Part shown: positions 62,001-64,000 of the stretch, one piece after another
How the letters are laid out: every line of letters starts with the position of its first letter
How positions within the stretch are numbered: position 1 is the stretch's first letter
Source of the DNA: Candidatus Oxydemutator sp.
GTDB lineage: Bacteria; Pseudomonadota; Gammaproteobacteria; Poriferisulfidales; Oxydemutatoraceae
Length of the DNA: 64,000 nt
Direction of reading: 5' to 3'
Assembly (NCBI GenBank): GCA_965203445.1
Contig: OZ241883.1
Location: 2,176,001 to 2,240,000 of the forward strand
Notes under the pieces: model-generated
Seen by the model: only the letters and a program-made list of their open reading frames with translations
What the model was told of the DNA's origin: nothing
The model's database searches: none
Made by a program: the position numbers and the translations under genes

Positions 62001-64000
62001 CCACCAAACAACCCCGCGTGATGCAACCGTGACGACGGCCTGTGAATACGCAATTTGCTTATGACGTGGCCGTTGCCTTCAAAAACAGCGGTGTAATACA
62101 CTATCGGATCGCTGCCCCCTATCGGCGTCCAGTTCTCTATGCCCGACAAGTCCAGGTCGTTTAACAATTCGTAGCCCTTGCAATCGCCCGCACAAGTCGC
62201 AACCTCGTCGAAAAACGGAAATGCCTCGTCGTAAGCAGCCTTGTCTTCATCATCCACGCCGCGCAAACCTTCGCCGCCCAAGTCATGGCGGATCGCCGCC
62301 AACTGCGACGTCGTCGTAACGTCTATCAGATTATTGCCGTCGGCGTCGTAATTTCTCCCATTCGGGGCGATGACGCTGACGACCGCGGAACTGGCGACAC
62401 CCAAATGCACGTTGTCCGGACCTCGCAAATCGCTTAACCTCACTCGATACGTCTCTCTCCGATCCGGCGTCCCGTCCTGCGCTATCCGTATCCTGAAAAC
62501 CGCCCTGTCGGTATTGACCAGGGCCACCGTGCCTCTCGTCGAATCGGCAAAATCGGACGCCTCGGCGTGGCCGGCGCCGGAACCGGTCAATTCCACCGAC
62601 CAACTCATCGTCACCACGACGCTGCCGACGGCATCCAATTCCACCACGTACCTTACCGTCGAACCTTCCGCTACCACAGCGTCGCTTCGCTGCGACAGCG
62701 TCACCGATACCGGCGGCAGCAAGCGCCGCTGCACGCCGGCAGCGGTGGTGTTGCCACCGGGATAACGCGCGCTCACGCCGCGCAACGCCGGATACTCCAA
62801 ATCGCTCCCGAAATCCCACGGGCTGTCATCGTTCAACGTCACAACGCCCATGGCCGTGCTCGCCACGCCGTCCACGTTCAACTTGTCCCAACCGGTATAG
62901 ATGCCGACCGCCGTGGTCGGAGCCCTCAACTGGGCGGACGTCCTCGACGTATCCGCGTCATACGACGGCACGTTCTGGCCGCAGCACGAAGACTGCCCGC
63001 TGCGCACCCTGTCAAAGTAGCTTGCCTGAACGTCATATTTGTCGGCGTCGGGTTCATTACGCCCCCCCAACAAACCACCCCGTAAGGTGCTTCCACCGTA
63101 TGTCCCCCCTGTCACCATACCAATGGAGTAACTGGCGCTCACCACCGAACCTATACCGGCTTCGCCTATCAGACCACCCGATCGGTGCTCATCCGCATGC
63201 ACTTCCACGTCCGCGTAACTCGCTATTACCGTGCCATAATTGGCACCCGCCAAACCGCCCGCCGCCCAAACACCTTCTACGCTGCCGCCTACCACGTAAC
63301 TCGCCGCCACTTTGCCGTCGTTACGGCCCACCAAGGCGCCCGTATAAATACTGCTGTCTCCCACGTGTACGTTCACGTCCCTAAGGCCCACGTTGCGGAT
63401 TGTGCCGACGCTGCTTGTGCCACCAAACAACCCCGCGTGATGCAACCGTGACGACGGCCTGTGAATACGCAATTTGCTTATGACGTGGCCGTTGCCTTCA
63501 AAAACAGCAGAGTAATGCTCTATCGGATCGCCGCCCCCTATCGGCGCCCAATTCTCTATGCCCGATAAATCCAGGTCGTTTAACAATTCGTAGCCCTTGC
63601 AGCCGCCCGCACACGTCGCGACCTCGTCGAAAAACGGAAATGCCTCTTCGTAAGCAGCCCCGTCTCCATCATCCACGCCGCGCAAACCTTCGCCGCCCAA
63701 GTCATGGCGGATCGCCGCCAACTGCGACGTCGTCGTAACGTCTATCAGATTATTGCCGTCGGCGTCGTAATTTCTCCCATCCGGGGCGATGACGCTGACG
63801 ACCGCGGAACTGGCGACACCCAAATACACGTTGTCCGGACCTCGCAAATCGCTTAGCCTCACTCGATACGTCTCTCTCCGATCCGGCGTCCCGTCCTGCG
63901 CTATCCGTATCCTGAAAACCGCGCTGTCGGTATTGACCAAAACCACCGTCCCTCTCGTCGAATCGGCAAAATCGGACGCCTCGGCGTGGCCGGCGCCGGA
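53057..64000 (-). CDS. Giant repetitive surface/adhesin-like protein (GLUG-like beta-helix and Calx-beta-like modules, C-terminal dockerin-like Ca-binding domain); 5' end beyond the window
   Basis: Open frame >3,600 aa; repeated YDADGNNLIDV...C.GYEL.NDLDL...FEGNGH.I..GLFG...GGL.G modules separated by V.EG....V......A..SDF....G.V...DG..E..E...V.L domains; C-terminal VYLQGAY...DWVLVELR...HRNHL...GDTDGDNDVD. Confidence 0.9.
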   Translation of the reverse strand, partial: SGAGHAEASDFADSTRGTVVLVNTDSAVFRIRIAQDGTPDRRETYRVRLSDLRGPDNVYLGVASSAVVSVIAPDGRNYDADGNNLIDVTTTSQLAAIRHDLGGEGLRGVDDGDGAAYEEAFPFFDEVATCAGGCKGYELLNDLDLSGIENWAPIGGGDPIEHYSAVFEGNGHVISKLRIHRPSSRLHHAGLFGGTSSVGTIRNVGLRDVNVHVGDSSIYTGALVGRNDGKVAASYVVGGSVEGVWAAGGLAGANYGTVIASYADVEVHADEHRSGGLIGEAGIGSVVSASYSIGMVTGGTYGGSTLRGGLLGGRNEPDADKYDVQASYFDRVRSGQSSCCGQNVPSYDADTSRTSAQLRAPTTAVGIYTGWDKLNVDGVASTAMGVVTLNDDSPWDFGSDLEYPALRGVSARYPGGNTTAAGVQRRLLPPVSVTLSQRSDAVVAEGSTVRYVVELDAVGSVVVTMSWSVELTGSGAGHAEASDFADSTRGTVALVNTDRAVFRIRIAQDGTPDRRETYRVRLSDLRGPDNVHLGVASSAVVSVIAPNGRNYDADGNNLIDVTTTSQLAAIRHDLGGEGLRGVDDEDKAAYDEAFPFFDEVATCAGDCKGYELLNDLDLSGIENWTPIGGSDPIVYYTAVFEGNGHVISKLRIHRPSSRLHHAGLFGGTSDVGTIRNVGLRDVSVRVWGSSIYTGALVGRNHGKVAASWVIGGSVGGVWSAGGLVGINSGTVIASYADVEVHAIVHRSGGLIGEAGIGSVVSASYSIGMVTGGEYGGSILRGGLLGGGRNEPDAVRYDVQASYFDRVRSGQASCCGQDMPSYDADTSRTSAQLRIPTTAVGIYTGWDKLNVDDAASTAMGVVTLNDDGPWDFGSDLEYPVLRGVSARYPDGNTTAAGVQRRLLSPISVTLSQRSDAVAAEGSTVRYAVELDAGGSVVVTMSWSVELTGSGAGHAEASDFASSTRGTVALVNTNSAVFSIRIAQDGTPERRETYRVRLSDLRGPDNVHLGVASSAVVSVIASNGRNYDADGNNLINVATTSQLAAIRHDLGGEGLRGVDDEGEAAYEEAFSFFDEAETCAGDCRGYELSNDLDLSGVEWQPLGGGVANRGNGAGDEYTGTFEGNGFVISGMRIVLGSRLDNVGLFGILGAGGMIRNTGLRDVEVDLTDRSVVAGALAGINKGRIAASYVVGGSVKTGYGAGGLVGTNEGAVIACYANVEAHAKYNSDEALSGGLVSALADSGVVSASYSIGKPSARGGVTGGLAGWRADGGEIQSSYFDTERSGLSSCCGSGASLPYRSSRTSAELRGPTTAMGIYAGWDKLNVDGVDQGGDRDLNDDAPWDFGSPFQYPVLRQGRTTATAEVHPGGVDYDVNDNNLIDVETSTQLQAIAHDLAGAGNAAAAAYGAAFPDAVQGMGCPGTCKGYELLNDIDLSGVNWTPIGGGRVLGPFANPPGNRYNAVFEGNGHVIERLHLSSTVRNLNSVGLFGVLGSDGVVRNVGLVNVNVDVAESISFWVGALVGANFGQVAASYVVGGMVRGFYGVGGLTGRNERNENREEIVASYADVTVAVRRDRAGGLVGWNRGGRIIASYARSRLKRLPYSPAATRVGGVVGFNEGSGDRHRHDVIQSSYYAGDVGGWGGGGVGVPGSPARSVGKLREPTTATGIYDGWDKLNVDGVASTAMGVVTLNDDSPWDFGSPFQYPVLRGVSARYPHGNTTATGVQWRLQSPVLVALSQRGDAVVAEGSTVRYAVEWDAGVSAVVTMSWSVELTGSGVGHAEASDFADSTRGTVALVNTDSAVFSIRIARDGTPDRRETYRVRLSDLRGPDNVRLDVASSAVVSVIAPDGRNYDADGNNLIDVSTTSQLAAIRHDLGGEGLRGVDDEDRAAYEEAFPFFDEVATCAGGCKGYELLNDVDLSGIENWTPIGGGDPIAYYTAVFEGNGHVISKLRIHRPSSRLHHAGLFGGTSDVGTIRNVGLRDVNVRVGGGSFYTGALVGRNHGKVAASYVVGGSVEGVWSAGGLAGANYGTVIASYADVEVHADEHGSGGLIGEAGIGSVVSASYSIGMVTGGTYDGSTLRGGLLGGRNETDADKYDVQASYFDRVRSGQTSCCGQNVPSYDADTSRTSAQLRAPTTAVGIYSGWDKLNVDDAASTAMGVVTLNDDSPWDFGSDLEYPALRGVSARYPGGNTTAAGVQRRLLPPVSVTLSQRSDAVVAEGSTVRYVVELDAVGSVVVTMSWSVELTGSGAGHAEASDFADSTRGTVALVNTDSAVFSIRIAQDGTPDRRETYRVRLSDLRGPDNVHLGVASSAVVSVIAPDGRNYDADGNNLIDVSTTSQLAAIRHDLGGEGLRGVDDEDRAAYEEAFPFFDEVATCAGDCKGYELLNDLDLSGIENWTPIGGGDPIAYYTAVFEGNGHVISKLRIHRPSSRLHHAGLFGGTSDVGTIRNVGLRDVSVRVWGGSYYTGALVGRNHGKVAASWVIGGSVGGVFSAGGLVGINSGTVIASYADVEVHAIVHRSGGLIGEAGIGSVVSASYSIGMVTGGEYGGSILRGGLLGGGRNEPDAVRYDVQASYFDRVRSGQASCCGQDMPSFDADTSRTSAQLRIPTTAVGIYTGWDELNVDDAASTAMGVVTLNDDGPWDFGSDLEYPVLRGVSARYPDGNTTAAGVQRRLLSPISVTLSQRSDAVAAEGSTVRYAVELDAGGSVVVTMSWSVELTGSGAGHAEASDFASSTRGTVTLVNTNSAVFSIRIAQDGTLERRETYRVRLSDLRGPDNVHLGVASSAVVSVIASNGRNYDADGNNLINVATTSQLAAIRHDLGGEGLRGVDDEGEAAYEEAFSFFDEAETCAGDCRGYELSNDLDLSGVEWQPLGGGVANRGNGAGDEYTGTFEGNGFVISGMRIVLGSRLDNVGLFGILGAGGMIRNTGLRDVEVDLTDRSVVAGALAGINKGRIAASYVVGGSVKTGYGAGGLVGTNEGAVIACYANVEAHAKYNSDEALSGGLVSALADSGVVSASYSIGKPSARGGVTGGLAGWRADGGEIQSSYFDTERSGLSSCCGSGASLPYRSSRTSAELRGPTTAMGIYAGWDKLNVDGVDQGGDRDLNDDAPWDFGSPFQYPVLRQGRTTATVQAQYSSQTRISLTPVLDGSRAVSEGERASYVVSLERALPLGVTASWSWAVDGGVVGADDFDDTTRGNVVIAPGRSSASFSLAVAVDGFSEPEEVFEVSLGDAVLSGNADNASLGRGSVVQTTIAANGDLRVTVAAASATVDEGATATFMVRLVGVGAGDGAVTVEYEITAVSEGLTPADLQSVTAMDRGGVTSVRVVALPVTGSVTVGVGDIARVSVRVAGDDTPGESGEQFRLRLTGCRNCGLFAEIGVPAASQVGIRDRISVVSAHVYLQGAYAGGDRMRTRLIEYLPASSPYGTAPWNAPQITVPGMSAGDFGLSGVTDTVVDWVLVELRKTPRHAGAAAAVTPLARQAALLLGDGTIVGVDGLNGDALRTEGVLFGAGIDSASEDLYVLIHHRNHLSVMATATAVACDAGAGADYCVDFRLQPSHQNCQAPLAGGRYAMFAGDTDGDNDVDADDEAAIRASNLETIGRRHYRAVSGNGYAIDADLDFDGEVLSADRRYIILNKIGNTLPLACAVR
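54620..64000. repeat. Nested intragenic tandem repeats: ~1.42-kb units within a 5,307-bp super-repeat
   Basis: Shadow ORFs recur at offsets of 1422/1419 and 5307 (55037/60344, 55602/60909, 57024/62331); 54620-58693 is nearly identical to 59927-64000. Confidence 0.95.

Noticed and set aside
53057-64000. Repeats as a CRISPR array or a DGR template/variable repeat pair
   Set aside because: Units are ~1.4 kb and in-frame coding; there is no short repeat-spacer pattern, no cas or RT gene, and no non-coding template copy in the window.

Overview
High-GC bacterial chromosomal window whose gene content and order (argG/pyrC-rnt, lptCAB, hflX-hflK-hflC-DUF2065-hisZ-purA, aspC near tRNA-Asn) look gammaproteobacterial. 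The housekeeping backbone carries a TonB2/Ttp-type energiser operon behind tRNA-Arg, folE, mlaA, ptrB, adk, a PPi-type PFK, pal and a serine-cycle cluster (sga-mcl-mtkAB-hpr-like). Accessory inserts: (1) a cassette of tiny ORFs bounded by inverted repeats that contain BoxC-like hairpins; (2) a cytoplasmic molybdopterin oxidoreductase coupled to an FNR-ferredoxin fusion; (3) two paralogous glycosyltransferase-like genes plus a sugar dehydratase around lptCAB; (4) a DoxX-DUF692(MNIO)-DUF2063 RiPP-maturation cluster with no visible precursor; (5) a lower-GC candidate defence module (N4/N6 MTase divergent from a GHKL/MORC-like ATPase, a small helical protein and a sigma70-r4/wHTH protein); (6) an internally deleted tnpB next to a GGA-rich, possibly structured RNA; (7) a three-lipoprotein operon; (8) a tRNA-Asn hotspot with mrr and several broken defence genes; (9) a >3,600-aa repetitive GLUG/Calx-beta-like surface protein that runs off the window. 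All family calls come from motif recognition by eye; no database searches were run.
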